In this document: one piece after another, positions 50,654-63,764 of the stretch | How positions within the stretch are numbered: position 1 is the stretch's first letter | Layout: each line of letters starts with the position of its first letter | Made by a program: the position numbers and the translations under genes | Notes under the pieces: generated by a model | Databases searched by the model: none | What the model was told of the DNA's origin: nothing | Seen by the model: the letters and a program-made list of their open reading frames with translations, nothing else | Source of the DNA: Squalus acanthias | Lineage: Eukaryota | NCBI GenBank assembly: GCA_030390025.1 | Contig: JASTWF010000031.1 | Span: forward strand, 1,550,001-1,614,000 | Length of the DNA: 64,000 nucleotides | Direction: 5' to 3'

Positions 50654-51912
50654 TGATTTTCTTCTACAGAGTTCTGATTTCTTTACCAATTAGCTTTTCC
50701 ACTGACTATCTGTCTCTTCAATTCTCTGTCTGTCTCCTTTCCATTTTTATAAACTGCAAGTAAACATTTTAATTAAAACTGAATGTAGCTTCTGATCATT
50801 TCTCTATTCACAACTACAGTGAAATCTTATTAATACATTATATGGGAACATCACAATTTGTTCCTCTAAATTGAATTGTACGGCATCACTCAGAGCATTT
50901 GCTATTAAGCAATCAAATTGATGTATATTCACTCTTTTCCTATTGGGAGTGAGTAAGTTTTCCAACCATAAACTTACTATTAACAGATATTTATTGTTAT
51001 AAAGAATGTGACTTTCCAGTGCTGTGGTTTAATCCAGAAGCAGATATGTAGGGTATATTTATCTCAACAGGAAATCATTTTAAGTGATTTGTTCTTAAAT
51101 GGAGTAGTCTGTACCTGAATACAGATGGTAAAAAGCTCCATTGCTCTCTATTGGTATGGGCATCTGCTTTACCTGCTAGTGTTCCTACACTAAAGATTGC
51201 AAACCGCTGTACATTTAGTTTCCTCATCCAGCTGCAAGGTCACTGTTGCTAAGCTTTACCTTGACAGCGGAGTGTCCCTTCGGGGAGGTTAGAAAGAGAA
51301 TGGAAAGAAGACACCATCACTTGCAACAAAGGGTATCAGAGGTTTCCAAAGGTGTGACTGGATATAACCTAAAATAGACCTTCGTGGAAGTAGTACCTGA
51401 AAATATTTGTTTTATTCATATTGATGGTCCTTGAAAAGCTCCATGATGTTTCTTAGAGCTCACTTGAGAGTACATTATGCTCTTAGATCCTGTGAAGAAG
51501 AAAAAGTAAAAGAAATAAAGGATTGCCAAACACATGAGAAGTAGCTGGTTTTCAACGTGTGGACTTGGGAACAAGACAGTTTGCTGAACATGGCAAGCTT
51601 CTTTCAACACAGTTTCACACCCAGAAACCGCTCACTGAGAACAGATTAAAGAGATTCAATTGTAATATATGCAGCCAAGCCATTTTAGAGGCAGTAAATT
51701 GGTTTGGTTAAATTGAATGTACAAATTTGAAGTTGGGAAGGGGCCATGAATTCAGTAATTTGTATCACCTTAAGTCTAATAGACTGAGTACTGTATTCTG
51801 CTTTATACTGGTATGTATATCCCATTGCAATGGAATTCTACTTTTGTATGTGCTTACCACACATCTCTAAAAGTCTTCTCTCTTTTTCTTCACGTTCTCT
51901 TGCTGGATGTAG

Positions 51913-51930
51913 TTCTTCCTTGGAAATCAG
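51913..51930 (+). CDS. MACF1: 18-nt alternative microexon encoding FFLGNQ within the GAR domain
   Basis: tgtag|TTCTTCCTTGGAAATCAG|gtactg; matches the known optional FFLGNQ insert of MACF1/DST; strong upstream polypyrimidine tract. Confidence 0.92.
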
Positions 51931-51993
51931 GTACTGTGCACTCAATGTGCTAAGAACTATATGACGTATGTGGTGTGAATGTCCACCTTGATC

Positions 51994-54812
51994 TGCATGT
52001 AAATGGTTCTTTCTGTCTTCCACAGAGCACCTAGAAAAATTCTGTCAACCATACCAAACATACATTGGCAGCATGTGCAACAAAAAAACTCCTGTAAATC
52101 TTAGTGATAGCTTATGAAATATATCTAAGAAGGAAAAATATTAAACATGCTGACAATATCAGTAAATAAACTACTAGTGCAGAGATTTTCTTTATGCTAG
52201 AAAGTTACATACTAATCACAATACTTTGGTGTACCTTTTGTACTTGCCATCCAAACAAAATACTGAAGCAAGTATATGAATATAGCATTACACAGTAACC
52301 TGTTTGGTGGTTCAGGTTCCTTTATGTAGAAACATTTGACAATATTTTAAGCACTTTAAAAATTGTGAATGGGGCAAAGGAACAAACATTGTATTTTTCA
52401 TATTAAACATTTACATTAAACAGCAGCTTCAATAGTTATGGAGAAATGAAATTGGTGAAGTCTGGCTATTAAATGCTAAACATTTCAGACAGTTGAGAGA
52501 ATTTTCAGATGCTCTCTTAGCTTTAATCTACAGGAGATCTGGTGTATTACTGTGTTCTAGTTGATCAATTGGTAGAGATGTTCCCAGGAGCTTGTTGAGT
52601 GACATACGAATTGAATGCAGTTTACTCTGTATGCGTGAAGTTTTGAGGCAGGTGAATCAGAAGGTTGGTTGTCATTTAAGATTACTGGATTGATTTTATA
52701 AAATCTTTCTGATTCTATATACTGAATCTTCACGTATATAAAATAAACTATATCACACAGTGTTTAGTTTTGAGGCGCCACACTTTTCGGGAGTGTGCAG
52801 CACACAATTACACGGGCATATCAGATCATATAAAATTTTATTTTAGGACTAAAATACTTCAGTTTTCAGCATTTTGATTTGAAACACGCATCATTTATGG
52901 AGGAGTTTCAAAATGTTGAATTCCAAAATTTTATAACATTGCCACAGTGACTTCATATTTGTATCTGTCTGAACGCTCTCCTTGGGGTGCTGTACAGGAC
53001 CCTTGATATCAGTGTGTTAGTACAGTTACACAGAGGCTATGATTGTATTCAGGAACACTGTGTGATATTTTGCATCTCAAACAATATTAAAAATACTTAT
53101 TAAGGGAAGTACTTGCTACCAGATTTATTCACTATCATGAAATATACCAGAAATCACATGGCAGATATTGATTTAGTTAAAATTAGAATATACTGCATTA
53201 AGGTATGCAATATCTCAATTGTCTTAAGTAGTTAATTAGTCAGAGATTGTAGGACTAGTAAGTTAGTAGTCTAATATTGGATAAGTCTGGTGGCATGTCT
53301 TTACCCTGAGGCAGATTTCTTACCAACACACTAATCAAATTCATAGCAAATTACCAATTTGCATGCCCTTTTATAAGTTATTAGGGGTGTGACAGTTATG
53401 CATGCATAGATGTGTTGTTATTTCAGGATTATTGGGAAAATAATTCTCTTCCCCCACCCCCCCCCCCCACTATGTCATGCTTCTGTGATGACCCTCGCAT
53501 AGTTTACATCCAGACCTGTTCATTTGCATTCTGTGCAGTTTACCCCATTTGTTTTTGAATTTAATTTTCTGATCATTAATTTGTGTGCACTGTTCCTAAG
53601 GAACACTGGGCAGCAATAATAAGTTTGCCTTATCTAAGGATGTGTTTGTAGTCTGCAAGTAGGAAATAACCTACAATTATATTAAATAACTGTTTCACCT
53701 CTACTCATCACATGTTAATGTGCTGTGAGTTCTATCTTGGGGTAAATGGTTTTCATTGACTGCTGCATAATCAAGCAGGCCCATGGGCTTTCTCCAATTC
53801 TTTACGGTTTGAATAATATTTAGGGAATAATTTATTGAAAATGGATGGTTATTGAAATTCTTTCATGCTTATGAAAGGCTTTCAACTCATTAGCCTTGTA
53901 AAGGTGAGTTAGTTATTTAATATTTTTTACGACAAGTGAAGGAATGTCAATAATTGCTTATTCTTCATGAGCTATTCATTTTATTATATGGGCTATTTAT
54001 CAAGTGGCTATTTAAAAATCCTGCAGTTATCATGTAATTTTTTGATAGCATGTGGAGATGCCCTTTTTTTTTGAAGATTAAATTTGAGTAGTTTATGCAC
54101 AAAAATCCTTTGCCAATTGCCATGCTTCATGTAATTATTCTGGGGCAACAAGATTGTATCCAGCTTAGATTCTGCACTCTTGACATTAAACCTCCAAAGA
54201 ACTTTGGTGCATAACTAAAACTGTTATTTTTATGAGGTAAAATTCTGTGGAAGGTTTTATAATGCAGTGCATGAAGGAAACGTAGTGCCGCCACTAGTGG
54301 TGTTAACAATGCAGGGTTGCAAGTTCAATTACTGCAGGCCACAATGGCACACAATTCAGCATACTTGACAGTATGTTTGTAAGTAAATTGTAGAATTTTT
54401 TTTTTTAAATAGGGTAGATTTGCTATTGAAAGATTCATGATGCATCACATTACCATTGCATGCCACTCGCTTTTGCACATGTGAAATCATATTTTACTTT
54501 GGTAGGGGTAAAATAATCAGACTGTGAGCAGTGCAATTGACATTTGTGCCCATATAATAAAAGCTGATTACCTTAGCCCTTTTACCAGCACAAATACAGT
54601 TATTCCTTGGTGCAAAGCTAATTTTGGACTGCGTTGAATACAGCAAGTGAAACTTACATTTTTTCTTAATTTCTCAAATCTATAAGGTCATAAACATGCA
54701 TGAAACATAAGGTGACAACTTATAAAATCTGCCATAAGGGTTCTTGCATGAAATGAATGGGTGGTAAATTGATTAAATGGGTTAAACCAGCATTGTACAT
54801 TAACACTGCATG
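51994..54812 (+). promoter_or_regulatory. Cluster of RBFOX binding motifs (TGCATG) downstream of the FFLGNQ microexon
   Basis: TGCATG at 51994, 53360, 53399, 54268, 54457, 54697, 54745 and 54807. Confidence 0.6.
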
Positions 54813-55806
54813 AATCAAGTGAAATTGTATCCTTGTACAACTCAACTGCAATGAATGCAGAAATTAACCCTTTAAAGACCACAATAATTGGCTTCCCAAA
54901 ATAAAGGGAAAATTCAAAATTTTAAGTTCTATAACTCTTAAGATTCTAGAAGTGTAACCTGCAAATTTTATAGGGTATTTTTTATCAGATGTTAAATATT
55001 ATGAAGGATGCGAATGATGAGCGGTACTCGGTTAAAATATGAAAGGAATAAAATTATTTTCACTATAAAGTACATTTGCTGGTTTAAATCATTAGCATAC
55101 ACTTGGATTAACCTTAAATTTGGTTTAATGGAATGTTTAGTTCATTGCTGATTTTAAGATGCCACAAGTCAAAAGTTTCCCACTGGCCAATCTGATGTGT
55201 ACAAATCAGAAGAAGAATTCCCCCTTTTTTAATAATGAATAGAGGTGAGATCCCACCTTGAGATTCTAATCTTATTTTTGCAGTTATGCTTTCAAAGATC
55301 ATGATGGTGACCATGTTTTTAAAAAAATATATATATATTTTCCCCCTTTCAGCAATCCCTATGGAAAGGCCCCTGGCCTGTGTTTGGCTACTCCTTGTAC
55401 TACATGGCTGAGATTAGGAACTTGGTCATGGAGGATTACGACATGAATTACCACTCAGTACAGTATGTTGAGGCTCCAATGACTTTGCCATTGCACTGCC
55501 CAACTTCTTTTTAAAACTGCTGCAGTTTTCTGAATTCAGATCTGGCATTGGGGCAGTTATTGAGTGGAAGCCAGGGAGAACAAGAAATAACTAAATTGCC
55601 TTAGACCACTGTCAACCCGCCAAGTGGTCAGTTTGAGTGGATTTGGCAGAGGCTTCGAATAAGAACATCCCCTTGCCGCCTTGTCTAACAAAAAGAGAGG
55701 GGAAAAAATATATAATGGTTGGAAATGACTTCAGTTGGCCCATGGGAAGCTGAGAAGTGGCAATTGCTGGTCTTCAGAATTAAGCTTCATCTTTTTGATT
55801 CGACAG

Positions 55807-55924
55807 TTTGGGGACTCTCAGCAGTTGCGCCTGGTGCGTATTCTGCGAAGCACCGTAATGGTCCGTGTTGGAGGAGGCTGGATGGCATTGGACGAATTCT
55901 TAGTGAAAAATGACCCATGCAGAG
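55807..55924 (+). CDS. MACF1: MACF1 exon 31: [42 protein letters not shown] domain C-half
   Basis: gacag|TTT ... AGAG|gtaagg; contains the GAR signature MVRVGGGW. Confidence 0.96.
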
Positions 55925-56539
55925 GTAAGGTCGGATGATAGTGGATGGTCGTACCTTTACCCGCTCTACCACCAGCAGTGGCTCTTAAGCCATTCTACCT
56001 TTATGGGGTGTGTCATATATTTTGTGCATGGTACACCAATGTGGAATGCAGTTTACAGGTAAAGTGGTAAACAGTTACTGAAGAATGAAGAAGACACTGA
56101 GCACTTTAATGCTTGGAGCTCAGATTTAAGGTGCTTTCGCACACTTGTCACTTCTGAAAGCAAGCAGTAATTGTTTGACTGCAATCCCAAAATTCATTTT
56201 GTTATACCCTTGCCTATTTCAGATAGGGAAAGTTTTCATTCCTGTTGATGGGTAGTTTAGAAAAATCTCACCTGTGTTTTATGAAATCAGTTTTACAAAC
56301 TAATGCTTGCAGGCAACAGTGAGAGTTGTCCAATAATGTGATGATGCTTCACCCAATCTCTCTTGTGTTTTAGTACAAGGATATAATAAAAACTACAGGA
56401 AACATATTTACACTGGTTTTAGAATTTCCCTGTAATCACCTATAAATTAATTTTGTAAAACTTGCAATAATGACTTCTACATGGCCAGATTAAAGTTGAG
56501 GTGGTATATTTAATGTAACATAACAAAAAATGGTTTTGG

Positions 56540-57355
56540 CAAACAATGATGAGGACTGTAAAAGATTTCGGGGAGACAAAAGACAGGTTAGTGGAATGGA
56601 AGATGCAATTTAATCTGGATAGATGTGAGGAAAATCAAGAGATGTGGGTGTAGACTCCATGGAAAGACACAGATGGGTGTGGATGAACAGAGAATCCTCG
56701 GGACTTAAATACATAATTCCCTGAAAGTGAGAGTACAGGTGAATGACTCCATGAAAAAGACTGACAGAATTTTGGGTTTTATAAAAGGCTAAAGAAAAAA
56801 AGAGTAAAGCAGTAATGATCAATTTGTTCAAAACATTGGTTAAGCCCCAGTTATCGTACTGTACATTTTTAGGTGTCCAACTATAAAAAGGTCATTAAAG
56901 CTATAAAGAGTGTACAGCATAGTTTTGCCAGGATGATCTCCGGGGCAGGGAACTATAGTTATGAAGAGAAACAAAATACTGTGACTACTTCCACTGGAGC
57001 AGCAAAAGCTAAAAGAAAATTTAATAGAGGCTTGTAAAATTCTGATGGTTTCAATAGAGTGAATAGGGAAAGACTATTTTCTCTGGTTGGAGAATCAATG
57101 AGATGGGGTCATCAGTTGTCACCGAGAGTGAGGAGAGAGATTAGGAAAAGATTCTTTACCTAGCAGGTTGTTGGAGCAGAGAAAGTGGTATGACAGAGAA
57201 CATTCCATCTTTTAAGGGAGACTTAAGTACAGGGCTATGTGAGGGGTGGAGTGGAGAGCAGGGCAGTGGATTTGTTTTGGATTGCTACAGCAAAGAACTG
57301 GCACAGACACAATGGGCCAAATGGCCTCCTGTGCTATAAATTTCTATAGTTCTTG
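56540..57355 (+). mobile_element. Degraded CR1 LINE 3' fragment
   Basis: tagttatgaagaga..ttccactggagcag..aatttaatagagg; tail gggccaaatggcctcctgtgct. Confidence 0.65.
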
Positions 57356-57639
57356 TATTTGGGATGTACATTCAAGTACAAGTCTTTGTCCAACTCGAGG
57401 ACAAAAAGAATAAATTCAGTAAAACATCATCAGTACTTTAATATTCAAGCTAGCTGAAATATTAATACTAAGAAACTGTAAGTTCTAAGCTTCTGTTTTC
57501 TAACTCTCTAACACTGTTTAAGCTCGTTTTATTCCCTCTGCTAAGGCTCTTATCTGTTTTATCTGTCTGATTGAAGATGATTTTCTACTTGATGCTCTTG
57601 CACATACTGCAAATCTGTGTTCCTGCACATGCTTGCAAG

Positions 57640-57648
57640 AAACCAAAG
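57640..57648 (+). CDS. MACF1: Candidate 9-nt microexon adding ETK after NDPCR
   Basis: tgcttgcaag|AAACCAAAG|gtatga; phase 1-1 compatible; upstream region is rich in UGC and pyrimidines; the AAG acceptor is weak. Confidence 0.45.
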
Positions 57649-59078
57649 GTATGATAGAAATCATTAGAAGTCCTACCTTTAATTAAAACAAACTTTTCAA
57701 AGACCTTGTTTATAAACTTTTTATCAGGAAATTGGTTCCAGAATTGACCCTTTGCACCCATCATCCTCGATGTTGATTATCAGTTACAGAAGTGTCTTTT
57801 ATTTCAAGAACCATTCTCTTAACCCCATATGACCACACCCCTCCAATCTACCTCCTTCAATTGAAAGATCAGGACAGACAGTTGCAGATTTCTCTACCAT
57901 TGCTAGCAGAGGAATCTCAAACATTCAAACACGCGAGGCTGCACTTACTGAAGCCAGCCAGTGTGTCTCATCAAAGAATCAAATTGTTTGGAACTGGGCA
58001 TCTTCAACCAAAAATATTTGCACAGATTTGGTTTAACCAAATTAAGATTTGGATAAAAGTTGACCATTCAATTCTTAACTGCTATATATGCCTCACGATT
58101 GATGGGCAAACAGAAAAGGTCCTATTAGTGAAGCAAAATGGACCATTGACATGTCATAATAGTTACCATCCCCACAAAAAAAATCACAAATCTTATCATG
58201 TTGATGAGCTTGGTGGGCTTGAGTTTGAGACAACCCTGGAACTCAAACTTGTGACAACTAGATTGTGAAATGAATGGCAATACTGAGCTACATACAGAAG
58301 TGCATCTTCAATTAGGATGGTCATAGAAAACAATTAACTTGCAAAGCAAAAATTAAATTCAAATAGTTAAAGTATTATGATTTTCTGATAAACTAACACA
58401 GTGGTTAAAACATTGGTTTTATGCAGCATGCTGCAACTGTCTTTTATCCCATATCTACTTCCATGGTCAAGCCTTAACCTTTTTGTTCCTAAAACTATTG
58501 AGAATTTGTTCTTTTTTCATGGGGATTGATACCAGTTTGGGCCACAATAGTGTTGTATTGTCCACCTGTTGACCCTCCCACCCTTTGCTTTCAGTCTTTC
58601 CAGTTTATTTTTACTTTCTCTTTGTAACCTCATTAATTTTACTTTTTCTGCTAGAACAGCTGGAGACTTGCTTCCAAGTTTCCACAAATGCCACTTTATA
58701 GCCAACAGTACTAAACAGCTCCAGGTCACTTATCCTTCTGTTTTTATTCCCTCCCTATGAGGAAATGCCTCGCAACAGCAGCATGATTGAGATCAGGGAT
58801 TCAAATGTGACCTGGAAATCTGAGCCTATGTCCTACTGATCCATGGCAGAGCACCGAGGTGCTCCAGTGCACAACATTGCTCAGATTCTTTACTGTCTTT
58901 TTAATTGCTACTTTAAAATCCAAATCTATTTTGGTCAGCGTGGGTCAGATAGGAAAAGCACTTATTGAAGGGAAAATGGTTAAGGTGTTGACATGTGCAA
59001 GTCCACTAAATAAATGACTCTGCTATTCTTTTCCAGTCTGTCTGGTTGAGTTTCAGATTTTTCTGTCATTTTTTCTAG

Positions 59079-59144
59079 TTCATCAGGGGAATAAACTGTT
59101 GCGTTCGGAATCGAATACTTCGATTTCCAGTCAGTCTCCGATAG
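59079..59144 (+). CDS. MACF1: 66-nt alternative cassette exon: (V)HQGNKLLRSESNTSISSQSPI
   Basis: ttttctag|TT ... ATAG|gttggc; phase 1-1; resembles the optional VHHHGSKMLRSESNSSI.. segment I recall after the GAR domain in DST/MACF1 isoforms. Confidence 0.85.
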   Translation, partial: FIRGINCCVRNRILRFPVSLR

Positions 59145-62100
59145 GTTGGCAATTCTTCTCTGTCCAGCTCTTTCTCTCTTTCCTCCTTCTCCCTGTGAAT
59201 GGCTTTGGCTTTCTTCCTTCAGCTTCATTGATAGACTGACCCTTTGCACACAGTACCACAGCCAGGCTCTCAGAATTCACTTTTATTTGCTGCCTTTCAC
59301 TGCTTATGCTAGTTCCCATAGTGTCAAATCTGAACTCCATGCAAGTAAATACCCAATTTTTATTGGGGTGTTGGTTCAAGACAAGATAGAAATAAAGAAA
59401 CAAAATTGATCAAATTAAAATTTTCACTAGGGAAGGCTTCAAATACTATGCGACACAGGTTTAAAAGTTTAGAAATTGGAAATAAGAGAAGTTGGGCGGA
59501 ACTTTTATCCAAAAGCTAATGGCATTGTGGAATAGATTACCAGAGAAGGCCGTGGGGTTCAAGAGATAATTACAAAGCCTAGAGAGAGAAGGGGTCGAGG
59601 GGTTTGATCAGAAGTTGACCTATCAAAGAGGTGGGTTTCCTTTCTGCTCTTAAAAGTTCTTATGTAAACAAAGGTTGAATCTTGGACATGTTCAGATATA
59701 TTACTGGGGAGTACTTAACATTCTAACCACCTGAAGCAAATGGGGCCAACATTCAACATAATTGAAGGGCTTATTGTCCAGGCATTCTTGTCCTATATTG
59801 CATTTCCAGATTCAGATGTGATTTTTTTTTAAATAGATTGACTCGTATATATTTCATTCATCCCTAAGTTATCCTTGGTCACAAGAAATGGCCATCCTCA
59901 AAGAGTTTTTATTTTTATTTTTCAAATTACCACAAAAAAGGGTAAATACTGTCACAAGAATTCTGCCTGCTTTAGAATATTGCCAATTAATGTGATCCGA
60001 TGCAGTTTTCTTTCTCCTGTAAATAATTGTAAGAGCCAAAAAAAAGTTTAAAATGTGAGTGTTGCCTCAACATTTCATGTTTCAGTTGGTCTCTATTATT
60101 CTTTTTAATACCATCCTTCTCCCTTTCCTCACCTACCAAAGTAAACTAAGTGTATGGTTTCTGGTGGAGAAATAAATTACATAATCGAGTAACAATTATT
60201 TACAGTGAGTGATGTGCTATTTGCTCCAACTCCCAATTATAAGACTGGGGTATCTTTGGAGGAAAGTTACAAGATATGAAATTAAGTACCTATTGATTAT
60301 TGAACGGTTCAAGTTGATTCATGGAGCCAGGCTGTACTGTGTGCTGTGCCAATTGCACTGATTCCAAATTGCATGTAAACTGCTCACTAACTGCTCTACA
60401 TATGTTCCCTTTCGTTGAAGTAGTCCAAACTGCAATAATAGAGTTCCCTACTTCGATTGGTGTGGATACAGGATCCTTACTGGCTTTTTTTCCATGTGTA
60501 ACTTCTGTATTATTATTCTTCAAAACTTCTATGAATGTTCCGTGGTCCAGATGAGTAACCTAAAGATGGAGTTCTTAAACTAATATTTCTAACTAGACTA
60601 CTTCTCCTGTATGACTTTTAATGTCCAGTTTAATTTGTTTCACCTTTACACAGGTATAACAATTTTTTTGGTGGGGTGGATTAAAGCTGGAGTAAAACAA
60701 AGTATTTTCAAGTAAGAGTGCACGCCCCTCCTAATGACAAGTTCAGATAAATAAGTGATCTGGAAGGGCCAGAAGGAAGTAAAAAGAATTTACAAAATCG
60801 GGGGTAAATATATCCAGTTAAAATCAAGGATTTTATTGAATAACTCCCTCCCCTCACGAGTGGATCAGTGTAACGCATTCTGTTTTCAATCAGTAGTCAC
60901 CTAGTATGTGTGTATGACTGGAAGTGTGTTACAAAGGCTGTAAGTAGTTGGATTGCCTTAATCCCAGTTATTATGACCCTTTGTTACTGTTGCCAAATTG
61001 TGCCACTTGAGTTGTATTTTGCCCAACCTCAGGTACTGAAATATTTCCTTTTGTTTTGTATCAAATGATGCAGAGGGCTACCCAAAAAGAGAGTATACAA
61101 ATCAGGGACACTTTTTAAAATATCTATTTTTGCCAACAAGAAATTTTTGATTTGGATGTAGTTTGATACCATCACCTTGCACCTTTGATAATCTATAAAT
61201 TGTAATAACTGTTTAGTCACATTTTCTAAATTCCTCTGTGATCTTGAAACTAATTGGTACTGGTGACAACTGAAAAGGAGATGCCCATGTTGGCTGTGTT
61301 TAATTTTGGAGGGTGAGCTAGAGGAGGAAGTCCACTCCGACTTCTACCAGACGCTTGACCTCTGACCCACTTTGTGTTTCATCAATTTCTAATCAGGCTG
61401 CTAAAGTGACCAAAGCGTAGCACAAAATTTCACTTTGGGTGAAGGTGAAACTACCTCATACAGATCCGCCCATAGTAAGCATTCTCCTGTCCACTAATCA
61501 TTGTTATCAAGGTTAACAGAGAAGTCCATGACTCAGTAATGCACCCTACCAATGGAGGGTAAGTGTCTTTTGAGCAGAAAATAATTTGCTTTTTGCAAAG
61601 ATTAATATTTTTTTTTAAAGCTACTAAATCACTCCTTTATTAAGGATTGTTTACACTAATTTTTCATTTAGATTGTATTGAGAATTCATCTATAGATACC
61701 TTATTTTCCTCTAGTTACCACACTCCTTCTCTTTGATATCTTGTGCGCTCACTTGGTCTTCTAAATGGAATGCATTGCTTACATTGACATTTCCTCGCTT
61801 GGCTCCTGAGTTTTCTGTTAATCAACACACTGCAAACTCCAGCTTATAGCAATATTGACACTTCTATTTCTGTTTGTTCAGACTCTGATTTTCACCCTTT
61901 CTGTCCACTATATGTCAAAAGATTTTTGAAATATTGTTGATAAATATTCATGACTTTGTATTTTTTTCTTTATATTTTAATTACATTCTTTATTAATCAG
62001 ATTCTTTATCATTTGCATTTGAATAAGTTTTGACACAAAAACCACTGAACCAAAGCCATTGGTTTTATAATTGAGAAAAAATCTGCTCATTAGCCTCCAT

Positions 62101-63552
62101 TTAAGTTAGATCCATACCATTTCTGTATTCAATATTTTTATTATAACAAAACATTACATGTAAAATTTCCCCATGAGATTATTAACAGCTCCCAAGTCCT
62201 AGCATTTTGAAGTTCTGTTCATGTTCTTTAAACACTCTTTGACTGCACTAGTTACACCCTAGTACCATCCATGACATAGCCATCAATTCTACAGAACACA
62301 GTGGATCTTGACTTTCAAGGGAATTTTCAATAACTTTCAATAACCTATGTATTTGTTAAACATCACCAATTGTGCCATTTCATTGTGATCAGAATTAGAA
62401 CTATTTGTTGTGTAATAAAGTGACATATACACAAAAAAATACAATTTCACTAATAGTTTGCTTTGAGTTCATTTGTATGTGCAAATCTTAAAAGTGGCAG
62501 AGCATTATGTCAATTGTAGATTCTAGCTTTCATCACACCCTAATTGCTGTTCATTTAAAAAATATTTTTCACAGTGGTTATTTTTGATTATTCTTTAAAA
62601 GTATTGGTGTGGTTAGCTTAATTCAATCATCTGATAAAACAGAGCTAAAAATAAGGCTGGATGGGTACATTGCGGTTGATGTAAAGAGACTCAATCCTAT
62701 CTTTTATATAACTTTTGAAAGATCCCTTTCTGATATTCCTGTTCACACTCTTTTGAAGAAAGCTTAACTCTCCTCAGAAATGAGATGGAACCATACTGGA
62801 TCTGTTAATCCATTTGAAAAGACTGCAGAATGATTACTCAGGCCTATCATCTTCCTCCAGACCGTTAATAAAATTACACTAATATTCAGGCTCCCAACCT
62901 GTCCACTGCAGAATGTTTTTTTAAATGTGTACATTACTCATCTATATCTCATATTCTTGCTTCCAGTTGAGAAGGTGGTTCAATCCAGGCTGTGAACATC
63001 CCTGGAATTACCATAATATTGCTTTGTGAACAGATGAGAGAAGTGCATGTAGCATGGCAAGAATGATAATGTCAGGCTGGCCCTCCACCTATCCATTTCC
63101 TCCCAAATTAGGACACTGCTGTTACAAATCATCCACCCATAATCTCGTCTAATAACTGAATAAATTGGTACGTCTGTAACAATTGAGTTTGAATCATGAG
63201 TCCATGACTACCTTGGCGGGAACCCAGGGAAGTAGCAACAAGAATACATGACTGCATTTGATTGTGTCTTAAATTTAAGAATATAAATTACATTATCTGT
63301 CTTAGTTCATAAAATTATGTTGTTAAAATCCATTGCTTTGTAAAGCAAACTTAATAAAAGCTCTGCATGATCAGTTTCATTACAGTTTATACGCGCTGAT
63401 TTAGTAACTACTATTCTGCCATTTTTTGGTATGGTGTGTCCTGTAAGTTGCTGATTTCATGGGTCTCTGTTTTGAATGGATTTGTTTGGTTTCCTTTCCT
63501 TCAAGTGCTGTGTAGAATTCAGTATCTGTTTTATCCTCTGTTTTTCCTTCAG

Positions 63553-63764
63553 CAAGGGGACGAACCAACTTAGAACTGCGGGAGAAGTTTATCTTGCCAG
63601 AGGGAGCCTCTCAGGGCATGTCTGCCTTCAGGCCAAGGGGTCGCAAATCAAAGCCTTCTTCCAGGGCTGCATCTCCAACCCGATCCAGCTCCAGTGCCAG
63701 CCACAGTAACCACAGTTGCACATCCATGCCATCATCACCTGCAACTCCAGCAAGTGGAAGCAGG
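63553..63764 (+). CDS. MACF1: MACF1 exon 32: (A)[17 protein letters not shown]...TPASGSR, start of Ser-rich tail
   Basis: ttcag|CA ... AGG|gtaagc; 212 nt; the gene continues past the window end. Confidence 0.95.

Larger units (their letters stand above)
666..63764 (+). other. MACF1: Partial multi-exon gene: microtubule-actin crosslinking factor 1 (spectraplakin), 3' rod through GAR domain
   Basis: 32 GT-AG exons with matching phases give one open frame. The tail [16 protein letters not shown]...[36 protein letters not shown] matches MACF1 as I recall it, rather than the paralog dystonin (DST). Confidence 0.95.

Noticed and set aside
57792-58268. 158-aa + strand ORF as a nested gene or alternative last exon
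   Set aside because: Non-ATG start, no recognisable domain, no convincing splice acceptor, intron-like composition
666-63764. Assignment to dystonin (DST/BPAG1)
   Set aside because: The C-terminal exon ([37 protein letters not shown]) and rod peptides such as [14 protein letters not shown] match MACF1 as I recall it, not DST
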